A DNA stretch of 64,000 nucleotides from Hormiphora californensis (taxonomy: Eukaryota > Animalia > Ctenophora): assembly GCA_020137815.1 (NCBI GenBank), contig CM035353.1, positions 2,418,001-2,482,000 on the forward strand, written 5' to 3'. Positions within the stretch are counted from its first letter, which is position 1, and every line of letters starts with the position of its first letter. Both the position numbers and the translations under genes were made by a program. This document shows positions 40,301 through 54,162 of the stretch, piece by piece. The notes under the pieces are model-generated. The model was not told the DNA's origin. It did not search any database and saw only the letters and a program-made list of their open reading frames with translations.

Positions 40301-43300
40301 AAAGACAGTCGCAAAATGCCAGGTGTACTAAAAATCATGTTTTACTGATGCCCGTTTTATTGATTTACTGTTTCAAACAATGAAATTCTACAAATCTTAG
40401 AGCCTTAACTAATCATTTACATTACTCCCTTCAGAAAAAGAACATACTCTGCCATGAGCTGCCTGACATAGGGGGGGAGCATACTTGTCCAAGTACGTGA
40501 GGAACCCTTCTGCCAAGACAACAGTGGGGCTGGCGGAATTGGCGACCCTTGACAGTGAAGACCGCTTCCTGAAGAGCCGTGTTCCTGGGCCCTAGATCAC
40601 CCATGACAGTATGTTGCGGGGACTCCTTGACTTTCAAGTCACCTTCCTTTTGCTTTTAATATATTCATCAATTTCATTTTATAGCTTCAGACTCCGTGTT
40701 TCTATACACCCTCCCTTCCTTCTTTAGCCCCCCCCCCCTAATCACCCTTACGTCTTATACCTTTATAGTCTACAAGTTACAATTACATGGCCTGCGGGAT
40801 GCCTAGGGCGTCGGAGCACCCTTGCCCCCAAAGGACGATGCCGAGTCAGAGCAGCTGGAGGAGGAGAGAACATCAGGGAGGACCCAGATTGACTCACCCA
40901 CGCCCAATAGATGGAGGCAGTGAAGCCGGAGCTGAGGATGAGTCGCCAGGGCCGTCCCAACCAGGGCACCCCCCCCAAACTGAGTAAACTAAATAGAAAC
41001 AATAAAACATAATTAGAAACAACCACATTTAATAGAACCCTTATAAATACAAAATATTACTCCTATAGATGTGATGTACAGAGGGAAGATCCTTCATCAG
41101 CCCAACCCCAGGGCAATGCGTATACTTCGTACCGGGGCGGGGGCGGGGGGGGGGGGGATCAACACTTAACGAGCATGACACTCATGCCTAGTTAGGGTGC
41201 TGGTGGGTTACGAGGGCTTCGACAGTTAAGTATACAGTTACACATATTAAATGCCTAAAAATGGTGTGATCGGGGGGTGTTTATATGCCGTTTTTAAAAT
41301 TTACCCAAATGCCAATATAAATACAGTAGGACCCCCGATTTAGAAGGAGAAATCTTAAAATGAGCTCTGATTGTGTATATTTGTAAACATCATTGCGGAG
41401 CGAAAAAATCCTCCGGATAAGATGGATTCCCTGCCTAGGAATTATAGTGACCCTCACTGCAATCAACCCTACTAGTTTATTGATTACATCCAGGGAGATG
41501 ACTAAATATGGCCATCCACTATGCGCGACAAAGCATCCGTCAGCTCTGATCCAACCGAAGATGATTCCAACCGAAGATTGGCAAAATAACGAGAATCTGC
41601 GGTGAGTATAGTCAGGAAGACTTCAGAAAGATGTACTTTTATAGTCAAGCGCTGAACTTCTGATTATTCATTTTACTAAAACATGTTGTTTCAATGATTT
41701 TACTATTGGTTCGGTGTAGTATATGGTACGGTCGCCTCGCTAACGATATTGGATCGGCGATCATAGCCTATTGGAGTCATCTAAGTATCATTCCTTTTAA
41801 TTTAAGACACAAACATGCTACGTTCTCTAGTGCTAGTCTTGTAGTTTGGGAGGGCTGGGATATATACATTTTCAGATAGAAACTGCAGTAAGTTCGGCAC
41901 CATAGTGCAAAATAGTGGAGGGATAGTGATAGTTAAAATTGTTTTGAAATTCGCAGCTTATCGCAGAATGAGTGTCATGCCCCAGGTTAAGTGTGACCCC
42001 GCCCCCCCCCTCCGAATACAACAATGTGCCGCGGCTCATCACAGGAAGACAGAGAAATAGAAGCGAGCGTTCCCCCCCCCCCTCCCCCACAACCTGAAAC
42101 ATGTGCAGCCTCAACTGCGACAAGTGTTCGACAATGACACCTCGCTGTCGCCAGGTAAGGTTTTGGAATTTTGTACTTCCAACTTCTTATTCAAATTCAT
42201 TTATTAAAATTAAGTACTAATTAATTAGATATTATAGACATTCTCTCGCAGAAACGGCTTGCCGGGAGAATTAGGGGCCTATGAGGATGACTCTAGAAAA
42301 CCTTCGGGAGCGAATATCACTATACGACACAGAGAGCCACTGCATGCACATACCTACATAGGGGCGAATTGCGGGTGTAAGAAAGAGAATCGAATGGAAC
42401 GAAGGAAAACACAGCCTCCTCGCTGATGACAAGAGTCGAGGGGACGAGCACACGCCTCAGGTGCGTTCTCGCAAAACCAGCAGAGCAGCGATATTGGCGT
42501 ATTTGACTTAGTAAGTAGTAAGTATGATCATTGTATTTCAAATTATAGTTGAATCAATTAGATATAATAAGACATTCTCTCGCAGGAAGGAAACGGCTGA
42601 GAATAAGGGGGCTATGAGTGTGCTCTAGAAAACTTACAGGGGAGGAATATACACTATACGACACAGAATAGCCGCCTGATGCAACTACCTACAATAGGGC
42701 GAATTGGGCGGCGAAGGAATCGAAGGAACACAACTTCTCATGATGACAAGAGTACGAGGGAGAATCGAGCAACAGCTCAAGTTGGTTCGAAAACCAGGAG
42801 AGGATATTGCGATGATGAGGAAATGTTTTAACCCCCCCCCCCAAAACAGGAGGAGCGGCGAGAAACTTCTGAGTAAGTGTTATAATATTAATAATCACTA
42901 TAATGAGTAATTAGTTGGACGCGGACATGTGCGGCCACAGACGGAGCGATTCACCAGAAACAGGCCTTCCCCTGTCGAACTAGGGCATTTGTGATGGGAC
43001 ATTCCGGTCGGATCGAGCGAAAGGAACGGGACAGCACCACTCACGAGACCCACTGATCACGAGGACTCATCAGTGACGGAGTGCTACATGATCCTTCATA
43101 GTACCTGTCGAGCTACAGGAAATGTTAGCCGAGTGTAACGACACAGCAGATGTTTGGACCATGGCGTGTGCGGATTTGGTACGGTTGTGCACACCGTACC
43201 CAATCATCACAAGTGGGGACAATTAGAGAACTAATGTTGGGACGACTTGTTTAATAGGCCGGCCATGATTCAGGTGTCTGTTTGGCATTATGTGAAAGCA

Positions 43301-46300
43301 AGGACCAGGGGAGGCAGTCAGGGAACACAAGGCCCAAACCACTAGACGACCAAACAAGGGGAAAACATCGAACGACCAGTGATGTGCCAGAGCAGGTGGG
43401 GAGATTAACACTTAGTTTAATATTTATTAAATTTATGTAATTTAATACCTTGTAATAACAATGAGCAGGAACTTGCAGCAGTGGTTCGAACTACTATTAT
43501 ATGTACTGTTCGGCAGATACCTGTGCCGGGTTTCATTCATTCAATGTTAAATTAGACCAACCCGCAACACTTGTGGTCAACGCGCATTTGTCCGTAGGAA
43601 TCCTCCGTTTTGCAGGGGTTTTGCGCGATTTTGTTAGGCGATTTCAGGCGAGCGTGCACGCTTGCGTGTGCTGTCAAACCACCCTGGAAAATTGTGTAGC
43701 ATTGTACGGTAATCGTTCTAAAGATCATTTTGCTACCCAGAACTTGGGGAAAGTGCGGCAGGTTTGGACAGCACGGCATCAAAGTTCGTCCTTCCTATAG
43801 CCCAAAAAATGGCTTCTGTTCAAAGCGAACCTAAATTTTGGTTGATCTCAAAAGAAAGCTAGGGGGCTCTAGAGATTACTATGCAACCTTTCCATCGGCA
43901 ACCGGTTCAGATGCGGTCATGTATCAAAGCGACATTTATGCTAAAAAAGCGCTGTCCAGCGCTGGTTTTACACGTAAAAACGCGCAACGAGGTTAGATCT
44001 TGGTCAAAAATGAGCCGTTCTACTGCGCGTTTTCTTCAAAATCACTAGATCTCGAGAGCCTATCGGACATGACCACATAGTGCGCAAGTTGACTAAAATA
44101 GTTAGAGATAAACGGAAAAACAAAGAAAAAGAAACTCACGATTAAAACGCCCAGAGCTCTCAAACCAGCCTCTTATGTGACACAAATTCCGATTCACAGG
44201 TTCGGCTGGGGTTGTATATTAGAGGTGCTTTAACCTCAGTCCGAGTATGCCTAAAAATCAGGAAAACTTGTAAGTTTAAGATACTTTGGAAAACAACTGT
44301 TACCGGCTTAAAGTAATGGGGTCGGTCTGGAAATTTTTTAGCGGGGAAAATAAACTACACCAACTTGGCAACGGGCTGGCCCAGCGCGGATAAGGCAGCG
44401 CTTTAAATGGGCAACCCATATGTCTCTTTTAAATAACTGTCGATTTTTTAGAGTTTTCAAATTTCTTTAATGACTATAAGACCGGTCCTGATGAGATAGA
44501 GACTTGGAATTTAGAGGTTACGAAGATCTTGATAAGCTCTTCCAGAACCTCCAAATTTCCAAGTCTCTATCTTATCAGGAATCGGAGATATGGACAAATT
44601 TTGGTAATTCAGGGGTGTGGTGTGACTAGACTTTTGTTGTGATTCATCTTGTGAATATTCAGTGTTCAGTTTATGGTTTCATTAACTTATTAACTATTTA
44701 TTAATTTATTTGACAGTATGCTGTTTTTTTATTAACTTATTAACTATGTATTAAATTACAATGACAACAGAGGACTTTCGGAAGGACATTGGAATACGAG
44801 ATTGCTTTAGAAGCGAGTTGTGATCGAAAGGACGCTTAAAGGTCCCCCAAACTACTATGTCCCTTGCTGTTCGCGACGCGATTTTAGGACGGCATAGCTC
44901 CACCCCCTGATAAGATAGAGACTTAAAAATTTGTTTTCTAGGGAGATCATATCGAGTTCTTTGTACAACAAATTTCAATCTCTATCTTCACAGGGAGTGG
45001 AGTTATGACCGTGAGAAATTTTACAAAACCCGAGTGAGGGACATAGTAGGTTGGGGTGTACTTAGTTATAAGTCGATGGAGATAAAACTTTTCGATAAAA
45101 GCGATTTAAAATGGCTGGCTCAGAAAGCAAACAGGATCCTCAGAACACTAGCAGGAAAGATGGCAAAGGCAGCATGGGATAACTACCGTGAGGCATAGAA
45201 TACCTCGACTCCGACATAGGTTCGCAATCCTGAGTGTGTCTGATTAGCATGCGAGGCACCGAGTGAAAGTCCATCATGCCACCATAAACCAATGTGGACC
45301 TTACCTCATCTGAACATTTGTTTAGAAACATTTGTTAGATTAATTTTGTCCAGTGTGTAGGATGAAGATATGGAGGCCCGCAAAACGGGTTGCGACGCGC
45401 AGTTTGCGACGCGAATGCGGACGCGCACCAAAGTGGTCACTTTTTGGAAAAATTGATTTTTTCGATTTTTTTAAAGACAAGTTTGCAAGTTTGACAAGTT
45501 TTGAAAAGTTTCTAAATAAATCAGGTATGGGTCGCCCATCCCATGAATTTACCATGAAATAAGTGTTTAGTCTCTTGGTTTGAACATGCGCTACAGCCCT
45601 CCCCTCTCATGCGCGCGGTCCCCCTTGTAAGAGGCCTTGCAGCTATGCCGAGCTTCTTGGAATTTAACTTTCTTACTTTCTAGGTTTTTGAGTTAAAGTT
45701 CAATCTGAAAAGTATGTCATGCGCTGCGTCTGCAGCCTACCGACAATTATGTGCGTTTCTGATTGAAGAAGATTAGCTTTTTCCCACGATTTGCTAACGT
45801 TTCTATTTAATGACACCTGCATGGGCCGCAACCCCATCTGAGGCACAATAAGGGGATAGCGATGCCGCCATGCAGATGGGCCACTAGGAAGACCTCATGG
45901 CTGGTGTTGAAATGGGTATGGAGTTGCGGTGAAAAAGATATGAAATTGCCTTGTGGATGAGTCCCAGAGACCCTTCACACATGGGATTGAGATGCTCAGG
46001 TACGCCCAACATCTCAAAAATCTTTCTCTCCGCGGGGGTCGTTAATAACGATACATGACTAATCCATGTCTGGAAGGTTTTTCACGATTAGTTCTAAAAC
46101 GGCACTGGTTCTTGTGAGCCCACTGTCTGGTCCAGAGCCAATTGTCCCCGATACAATTAGCTCGCTCGAAAAATCCATCTCTGGCCCTTATGACTTATCA
46201 TCGAGTTTAAAGGAGCGCAACTAGTAAAAGGGGGGGGGGGGAGTGGTCGCGCGGCAACTATGGTGAAAATTGGCCAATCTACAAACATTAATTTCGCGAA

Positions 46301-47126
46301 TCCTCAACAATATTGGCCCATCTTCGCTGGATGCGCAAAGTTCGGCCAATCTTCGCTGCCATGGTGAATTTCACAGCTGTTTCGCGCGCACAAACCCAAG
46401 ATAAATGGTTTCGCGCCCCACGTCTATGCCACTCGATGCTCGCCAAAATACCCGGTAAGGGATCAGCGATGATGCTATTGATAATGTTACTTTGCTGGTG
46501 CAAACATGCTTCAATGAGATCCATTAACTCAGCAATGTAATGAGATGATCCATTATGAAATGTTATTTTGGTTAATCTGGTACAGTCTTATCGGACAGTG
46601 ATTTACTATTTACTTATGTTATGGGTCGGGATCAGAATGATTTGAAAAGTAGACACAAGAGGATTTGCAGAACACCGGAATTTTGATTTTAGCATTAACG
46701 GGAACACATTTCCTCCCCATGGCGCCCTTTGTAGGGACCAAACGAGGTCAGGGCAAGAGGGTACTCGCGAAAATACGGTCTCTGCGCCCCCAGCGGACTC
46801 TCTCGACAGACACAAATTGGGTCGAGAGAGTTAAATTAAAACTCCTCAGAATATTTCAGGTGTTTTTTGAATGACCGATATGGAAAAGTCAAATAATTAA
46901 TGATATAATATACCAAACTAAAATTTAAAATACAAGAGCGGATTTGGCTCAGTTGATAGCAGCTTGTCGGTCAACCCTCAGGGGCGTCGGGTTCGAGACC
47001 AGAGCATCGACCCTTTTTCCATATTTTTTAAAAAATTTAGGAAATTGGCACAGTTAGTGGAATAGATTGTCAATCGAAAAATAAGAATGAACTGCCCATT
47101 TTCAAATTAGAAAAACACTTTATATG
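22317..47126 (+). other. Error-rich collinear copy of 1-21859 (23535-47126) plus ~1.2 kb upstream; probable uncorrected long read
   Basis: Every landmark recurs in order, including the RT fragment (~25930), 9-bp MITE (~28645), hAT exons (~39660) and tRNA-like cassette (~46938). The copy is 23.6 kb vs 21.9 kb, with dense 1-2 nt insertions. Confidence 0.9.
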
Positions 47127-49052
47127 GGGTGCTATGGGGGGAGCCAGGGGAGGCCGAGGAGCCGAGGAGCGACGAACTCCCCGGAAGAGCCGGAAGGCAG
47201 AGGAGTCGTCAGCGGCCCCAAGAGCGGGGCTACACAGGGCGCCGGAGAGGTGGGGGCGAGAGCCAAGCGGGAGCGAGCCGGTCATCAGGTGGAAAAGAGG
47301 ACCCGGCAAGGCTAGCCCCATAGGGGACGGGTAGTGAAGGAGGGAGCATGCACACTAAAAACGCTTGAGACGCGCCGCAGAGCCTCCACGACATACTGTA
47401 ACCCAAGGACAGTGGGAGACGGGGGCGGCCGCGCTGCGGGCGGGTACCGGGAACGGCACAGGATGGACTTGTGCAAGCCTCCCTACGCGCCAGCACACAC
47501 CGGAGGATAAATCGGCAAGGGACAGCACAGACGGAACGGGGAGCGTCATAGACAATGCGGGAGGCGGAGCGTCGAGCGCGAGCAGCCCAGTATTAACGAA
47601 GCCGGAAGGGGAGCACCCAAGCTAGAGGTCGTTACATACCGAAACCCTGACGCAGAGCGGCGCAGCCGCTGTGGGCCACGACGCCCGCATAAGCGAGACG
47701 AGGCCGCCAGCGGAGCGGGAGGAGCGGCCTCGAGCAGGCACACCCAAGCGAGCGGGCCACTGCGTACCACGTAGGAGGAAAAGGTCGTCGGCGGAGAGAG
47801 GCTGGAGCGCCGGGGGAGCACGGCGAACCAAGGGCGCGCGGGGGACATGAAACAAACGGCCGGAAGAGAGTGCATCACGGAGCCACCGTGCCGCACTCAG
47901 GGCAGGAAGGGGACCCGGAGACCAGCGCGACAGTGGGGGCGGCAATCCACCTCTCAAGAGAGGACGAAGGTCCACCGCGCAGAGGTATTGCGACCAACAA
48001 AAGGGAGGCCAGCAGTCGGGCACGGGAATGGGGACCCGTGGAAACCGAGCGGAAAGCGCAATGGCAGGGGCACCAACCCGGACAAGGCCGTGACGCAACA
48101 CAGGCGGGAAGGGACGGACGTGACAGACGGCGAAACGTGGCAACCGCACACATACGGGAAAACAGGCGAGGGCGGGCAGCGGCGGAAAACAACACGGGAC
48201 AGAGGGGGGAAGGAGGAGACGCCTGGGCAGCGACGCGGTAAGACCGGGCAGACAGGGGCAAAGCGGGACGCCGTCAGAGGTCACCCCGGACGCGAAGGGG
48301 GTGATGACAACAAAAACCCAAACTAACAAACAATCGAACAACATCAACAACTAAGCAAATCAACCACAAACAACTACAGCACGACCCATACTTTAATCCC
48401 AACCCACTCCATCTCCACCAAATGCAACCAAACCTCAACCACAACACACCCACCAGCACCTTTACCACTTACCTACCCACACCCATGTACCACCACCTCC
48501 CCCTACCACCCTCCCCAAACCTACCCAACCCCCCCTCTTAACCTACCCCCAACAACCCAACACCCCACCCTCGTTAAAAATCACCTTCCACTCCCCCCAC
48601 CCCCCCCACCAAAACCAAACCCCCGCGACACACCCCCACCCCCCACATACCCCCCCCACCCCCCCAACAATTCGAAACTCCTATCAACTACCAATCCACA
48701 ACCCACCACAGACCCCCTAAAAAAACCATAAAAACCCAACAAAACACGACAACCCAACACCAAACAAAAAGAAACCAAAACCAGGGCCAACAGAAACCAC
48801 ACCGACAAATCAGACCAAACAACTAATAGCGACGAAACACAAAACATACCACGAAACCCGAAGTACCGATACAAAAACGAGTAGGTAAGGAGACGAGCAA
48901 AAGCCGCAAGCGGAGGGGAAGTAGAGAGAGAGAGGAGGAGAAAGAGCAGAAGATAGAGAAGACGGGAGAAGGTAGCAAAGACAAGAGAGAGCAGCAGAGG
49001 TAGAAAGACAGGCAGAGAGAGACGTAGAGACGGGGGGGAAGAAGAGGAGAGA

Positions 49053-49084
<32 letters not shown>

Positions 49085-49320
49085 AGAGAGAGCACGAGAG
49101 AGAGAGCGGAGAGTAGAGAGATAGAGAGAGCGTAGCGAGCGCGGAGCGAGAGAGGAGATAACGAGAGAGAGAGCGATAGAGCGAGGATCGGGCGCTAGCT
49201 AGAGAGAGAGAGGACGCTAGATATCTGCTCTCTAGTCGCTAGCTCTCTTCGCTCTCTTCTTCTTCTATCGCTCTCTTTTCTACATACTATTCAGTATCTC
49301 TCACTCTCGCGTTTGCAACA
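47127..49320. other. Low-quality sequence (T-depleted, GC-rich, then C/A-rich, then GA-rich)
   Basis: Composition shifts abruptly exactly where the noisy copy stops matching. It has no homology to the rest of the window, and its ORFs are low-complexity. Confidence 0.75.
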
Positions 49321-52300
49321 TGTTATCATCACCTGTTAAAACTGGAAGAACTACAGTAAGTACTCGAGTACTCCAGTACACCAGATCTATCAGTTCTCAA
49401 AGTTGTGAACTGAGAGAACTCTCTCTCTCTCTATCTGCCTTCTCTCTATTCCCTCTCCAATCTCGTCCCCCCTCTCATTCTCCCCTATCATTCCCTCTTC
49501 TCCCAAAACTCAGGTCCCCCTCTCATTCCCATGCTCTCATTTGCCCATCTCATTCCCATATATCCCAATCATCTCACTCCCGCATTATTTCCCCTCTCAT
49601 TCCCCCCTCTTCCCAAACTCATTCCATATCATCATCTCATCTCCCAATCTCTCATTCCCGGTTCCCCATTTCATTATGCCACTCTCGTTATCCCCTCTCA
49701 GTGTGTGGTACTGGCTATTAATTATCGCACATTGAGAATCAAGTGTTCCTGATGGCCAGTGCATCTCTATCTCAATTCAACATTACGTTCCACGTTTTTT
49801 TTTTTTTGGATCGTCCCCTGCTAACATTTGTCACTCCCTGTTTACAACCATGTATCCTGGCATATGTGCCACGGTTTGACAGTGGTATTTTCACAGCCAC
49901 CTGTTTGACCCCGGTAGTGAGGGCCGGAATACTGCCTTTAGGTACCCAATCACTGGTACTTGCCTATCATGCTGGCCATTACCGTCTGGGCGGTGCCGAC
50001 CCGCTTTGAGTGTCAAAACCCAGGCCTGGCTCCGCCCACAGGCAGAGTTACAGTATAAAATCAACCAGGCTTGTGGGCATAGCGTTTGACGGTACAACCT
50101 TAATGCACTTTGGTCTTGCAGCACAGATGTGTATAGTTTGGGAATGAAGCGGGCAAGGGCAATGTTCGTGATGCTTCGTTATCGGTCATGAGTGTCAAGG
50201 AGTGAGCGCCGTAGCTGTTTCATGATTGTATTTTGTGTCATGCATCGTGGTATTAGGCTCAGGGGATAGGGAAAGAAAAAAAACACAGAGAAAGAGGAGA
50301 GAGAAAGAGAGGGAGGGCTCTATAAACGTACTTTACGTACTGTTGATAGCGAGAGGAGGAGAGAGAGATATATAGAGAGAGAGAGAGATAGAGAGATATA
50401 TAGAGAGAGAGATAAATAGAAGAAGGGTTAACAGAGCCGACCAATGAAAACTGGAGACCTACTGCAGCGGACAACCTTACCATCCCCCACCCAACCCAAC
50501 AGAACACCCCAACCCCAAGAGTAGCCTAATTACTAATTAGGCAGAAGTAGCCCCCAAAGCCCTCCATTCTCAACCGATCTACTGAGGCCAGGGAAGGAAT
50601 CATTGGTCGACTCTATACGAAGGAAAAGCAAGACTTGGTAGCAAGCAGATGTAATGTATGAAGGTGCGTGCTGGATAATAAGTATGTACTTATGAGGTGA
50701 TGCATGGTATGATAACTTTTTATGGATGGACTATACTACAGGATATCGTCTCCCATAATATGGCTCACCCGAGAAAGATAATAATCCAATTAACCCCATC
50801 CCACACACCAGATATCGCCCCCCCCCCCCCCGTTGTGATCGTGAGATAGGCGTGAGATGAGAGAGAGAGACAGTGAGAGAGACAGAGAGACATCAGACAG
50901 TCGAGGGAACCCGCTCAGGAAGGTGACGAAATAGAAGCCGGGTTCCAGAGTGAAGAACCCAATTAGACCTCCAGTGCCAACAGCGATGATTATCTCCACA
51001 TTCCAGGAAGACCTCCATTAAGAAATTACGGAGATGACATCCAAAACCCCCTTGGAGAATGGAGAAAAAGGTGATGAAAAGGGATCGGCAGGAGAGATAA
51101 AGATGAGAGAGACCGGCGATAGAGAAGGAGGACCAACGAACTAGAAGATATGAAATAGAAGGACAACCACGAGATCCAGAGTGACGAAACTGCTACTGGT
51201 CCCAATAGAGAGAGAACCCCTGATCCGAAGAAGAACCGTAACTGGAAAAGACCTATCTAATCCAAGACAAGACGAAACTCCGGGAGCCGAGAGAAAAAAA
51301 AGGCAGCGGAGGAAGAAGCTGTCGCCACTGGCCCAAGAAGGCAACTAGAAACAGAAATAGTGCCCACTGTGCGTGAACTGCACAGGAGATGAGCATTGGA
51401 AACGAGGGAGCACCTGGAAAATGGGTTGGTTGATTGTAATACAATGATATATATTGTGACCTGCAACATGTTTGGGTTAGGTGGAGAGTGAGAGATCTTT
51501 ACTCTTTCTCGCACGGGAGAGATGCCCTGTGAATGAAACCCGTATTCGGATCGGTGTTAGTGAGTAAGGTGGGACTAACCCAGATCCCCCTCCCCCACAC
51601 CAAGAGCCCCCTTGCCAGCCCCTGTCCCTTAGCCAAGCCTCTCTAACTGCCAACTACTGGCCCACACGAGGCCCCAGTCCCCACGGAAACACAACTGCGG
51701 GAACCCACACGGCACACTTAGCCTACACTAGCCCAATACAACCGGAGGGTACGCAGACCTGACTAGGAACGGGAAAAAGAAAGGGAGGGACTAAGGAGAG
51801 GCAGAGGAGCAGAACCAAGAGTACAGCTAGGACCAAGGTCCAAATACAAGAAACTGAACAACTATAAAAAACTCCAAAAAAATTAGTGCGGGAGCACGAA
51901 ACACAGAGACAGGCAACACAACCAATGCCAAATACTCCCCTACCCCGGCACGTGAAACACGGTCAACAATGATACCCGAACTGACAGGACAGAAGACACC
52001 CTAGAACTGTGAACAGGCAACTATGAACTATGAAATGACAACAACAATTACTGAAAATACATAACAAGACAATGAATAAATGAATATTGAAATAACAGAA
52101 TGAACGATCTTATCTGATAGACGATTGTAGGTAGCGTTGTAGTTGACTGGTCCTTTGTTGTTATTGCTGGTAGTAGTTGAAGCTAGCTGGACTTGGTTCA
52201 CCGTGGTAGACAAAGTGGTGAATGAAATCGAAGAAGGCGGGAGGGGGAGAGATCACCCGCACAATACAAGAGAGAGCAAAACACGAAGTGCACGTTCCAC

Positions 52301-52479
52301 GTTATTGTATGTCACGCTGATACCTTCACGTGATGGAAAAGAGAGAGTGCATGCCCATTGTGTGTCGCATTCTATCACATGTATAACACCTCAGTATCAC
52401 GTGGATCGGACCAAGCTCCGAAACATGTTGTTCGTGGACGGTTTTCTAAAGTTTAGCGAAATAATAGTCGCTCACTAAC

Positions 52480-52893
52480 CTGGACGCTTACAAAGGATAT
52501 GGAGCGGAGTCTCAATGGTACCTACACCAGAATGCTGAGGATGGCACTAAATAAGAACCAGTACCTCCTCCAGATGAACAACGCCACATTGTATGGTATC
52601 GGGAAACTCCCTATTCTCAGCACCAAGATCGCTGAAAGGAGACTCAGACTCGCCGGCCATGCTGCACGTCATCCGGAACTAACGCTCAACAAAGTGTTAC
52701 TTTGGGAGCCTCTCCACGGACACTCCAGACGAGGGCGACCAAAACAGACCTTTGTGGATGTACTGCGGCGGGACACGGGACTCAGGGAAACCTCCGAAAT
52801 AGCTTCTTTGATGGCTGATCGTGTAGAGTGGAGAAATGTTATCCATGGAGTTCGGAAATACCACACGTGGAATCCGCCCTAAGTCAAAGTAAG
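52480..52893 (+). mobile_element. 5'-truncated RTE-clade LINE, 3' end with TSD
   Basis: WTLTKDMERSLNGTYTRMLRMAL...RRLRLAGH..RH...VLLWEP.HG...RGRPKQTFVD is the RTE C-terminal pattern. The short-repeat tail is AAGTCAAAGTAAG. TCACTAAC is duplicated at 52472-52479 and 52894-52901. Confidence 0.85.
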
Positions 52894-53176
52894 TCACTAA
52901 CTTGACTTCTAAATTTCAACACTAAACTGAATTTAGTTTCGTGGAGGACACCCAGGGAAGGAGAGGTGAAAACATGATGACCAGATGAGAGAAAGCGGTA
53001 GGAGGGAGAAGAAGATCACAGGGAAGATAGGTGAAAACACCACAGGTGAGAGGAAGCCGCAGGAGGGTCGTAGAAGGAAATCCAGCAGAACCCAGATTGA
53101 GAAGAAAGAGTGTCCATGAAGGGGGAGTGAAACCACGATTAACAGGTGAGAGAAAGCTGCAGGAAGGATGTAGAAT

Positions 53177-53360
53177 AGGGCTAGAAAGGAAAGGTAAGAT
53201 GTTTTACAAAAGGTTTACAGCACGGGAAAGGGGGTAGAAATTGGCGAGAGGGCTAGAAAGGGAAGGTAAGATGTTTTACAAAAGGTTTACAGCACGGGAA
53301 AGGGGGTAGCAATTGGCGATAGGGTTAGAAAGGGAAGGTGAGATGTTTCACAGAAGGTTC
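53177..53360. repeat. Tandem repeat, 72-bp unit x2.5
   Basis: AGGGCTAGAAAGG(A/G)AAGGTAAGATGTTTTACAAAAGGTTTACAGCACGGGAAAGGGGGTAG(A/C)AATTGGCGA is repeated. Confidence 0.9.
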
Positions 53361-53709
53361 CTTGCATTGTGGTAACCGTTGCCGTGCATCCAACGCGACT
53401 TTCAGGCTTGCATTTTAAATAATTTTGCGCGGCTTTAACAGTTTTAGCGCGGCTTTACAATTGCGCGTTCTGAATAACAGCGAAGATTGGCCAATATATT
53501 TGCGCATCCAGCAAAGATTGGCCAATATTGTTGAGGATTCGCGCATTAATGTTTGTAGATTGGCCAATTTTCACCATAATTGCCCGCGCGACCTTTACTA
53601 GGGCAGATGTGGAATTCCCTACCCCGTGCAGTGAGAGTTGAAACAGTCCCTTGGGTCCTATTTTACTTTACGGAACACGTTTTCGGGCCTCCATATTTAA
53701 TTTACTTCA

Positions 53710-53863
53710 AACAGCAATCCGACAATACCGGGTTCCATGATGGATACGAGGGTACTCTCGACACTTCGGTGTTGTACCAATCCACACAATACTTTGCAGG
53801 TTCACTCTGTGACCGATCGTGGTGTGCGTTTATTATCTGAGACCCCGGTGTCGGATTGCTGTT
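53710..53863. mobile_element. Small inverted-repeat element (MITE-like)
   Basis: AACAGCAATCCGACA..CCGGG is inverted relative to CCCCGGTGTCGGATTGCTGTT. A similar right end, TTATCTGAGACCCCGGT, occurs at ~803-820. Confidence 0.55.
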
Positions 53864-53908
53864 GTTCAAGAAAAGAAAAAAAAAAAATTTAAATATGTTA
53901 AATGTTAA

Positions 53909-54126
53909 AGTCGGATTTTTTGAAACTGTCACCCCCTGGGTATTTTCAAATTTCGTAAATGACCATAAATCCGGTTCCTGACGAGATAGAGACTTGAAAT
54001 TTGGAGGTTACGAAGATCTTGCTAAGTTCTTCCGAACCTCCAAATTTCAAGTCTCTATCTTATCAGGAACCGGAGATATGGCAAATTTTGTTATTTCAGG
54101 GGGTGACAGTTTCAAAAAATCCGACT
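53909..54126. mobile_element. Kolobok-type MITE
   Basis: Perfect 30-bp TIR AGTCGGATTTTTTGAAACTGTCACCCCCTG, flanked by TTAA (left) and TTAT (right), with a long internal inverted repeat. Confidence 0.85.
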
Positions 54127-54162
54127 TTATTGTTATTGTTATTGTTTCAAAAAATCTGGCTT

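Larger units (their letters stand above)
20975..53603. mobile_element. Nested DNA transposon with 126-bp CCC-terminal TIRs and 2-bp CA TSD (CMC/EnSpm-like); spans the assembly artefact
   Basis: TIRs 20975-21100 and 53478-53603 (CCCTAGTAAAGGTCGCGCGGGCAATT..., 3 mismatches, three ATTGGCCAAT palindromes). Flanks are GAGCG-CA| ... |CA-GATGTGG. The empty site GAGCG-CA-GATGTGG is at 56298-56311. Confidence 0.9.
20136..53692 (+). mobile_element. Non-autonomous derivative of the ISL2EU-like element (926 bp without nested inserts), AT TSD
   Basis: AT|GGAGGCCCGAAAAACGTGTT at 20136 and AACACGTTTTCGGGCCTCC|AT ending at 53692. 20136-20974 plus 53606-53668 are near-identical to 55455-56367. Confidence 0.85.

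Noticed and set aside
23535-47126. Ancient segmental duplication with diverged paralogous ORFs
   Set aside because: Differences are insertion-dominated and ignore codon structure, as expected for sequencing error.
47124-49095. Cluster of long GC-rich overlapping ORFs (up to 242 aa) that could suggest a foreign island
   Set aside because: They arise from T-depleted, low-complexity sequence at the end of the noisy read, where stops are rare, and have no recognisable motifs.
49850-51520. Possible LINE 5' UTR / HDV-like ribozyme and gag-like low-complexity stretch on the minus strand
   Set aside because: I could not fit the nested double pseudoknot by eye, and the peptides are low-complexity and interrupted.
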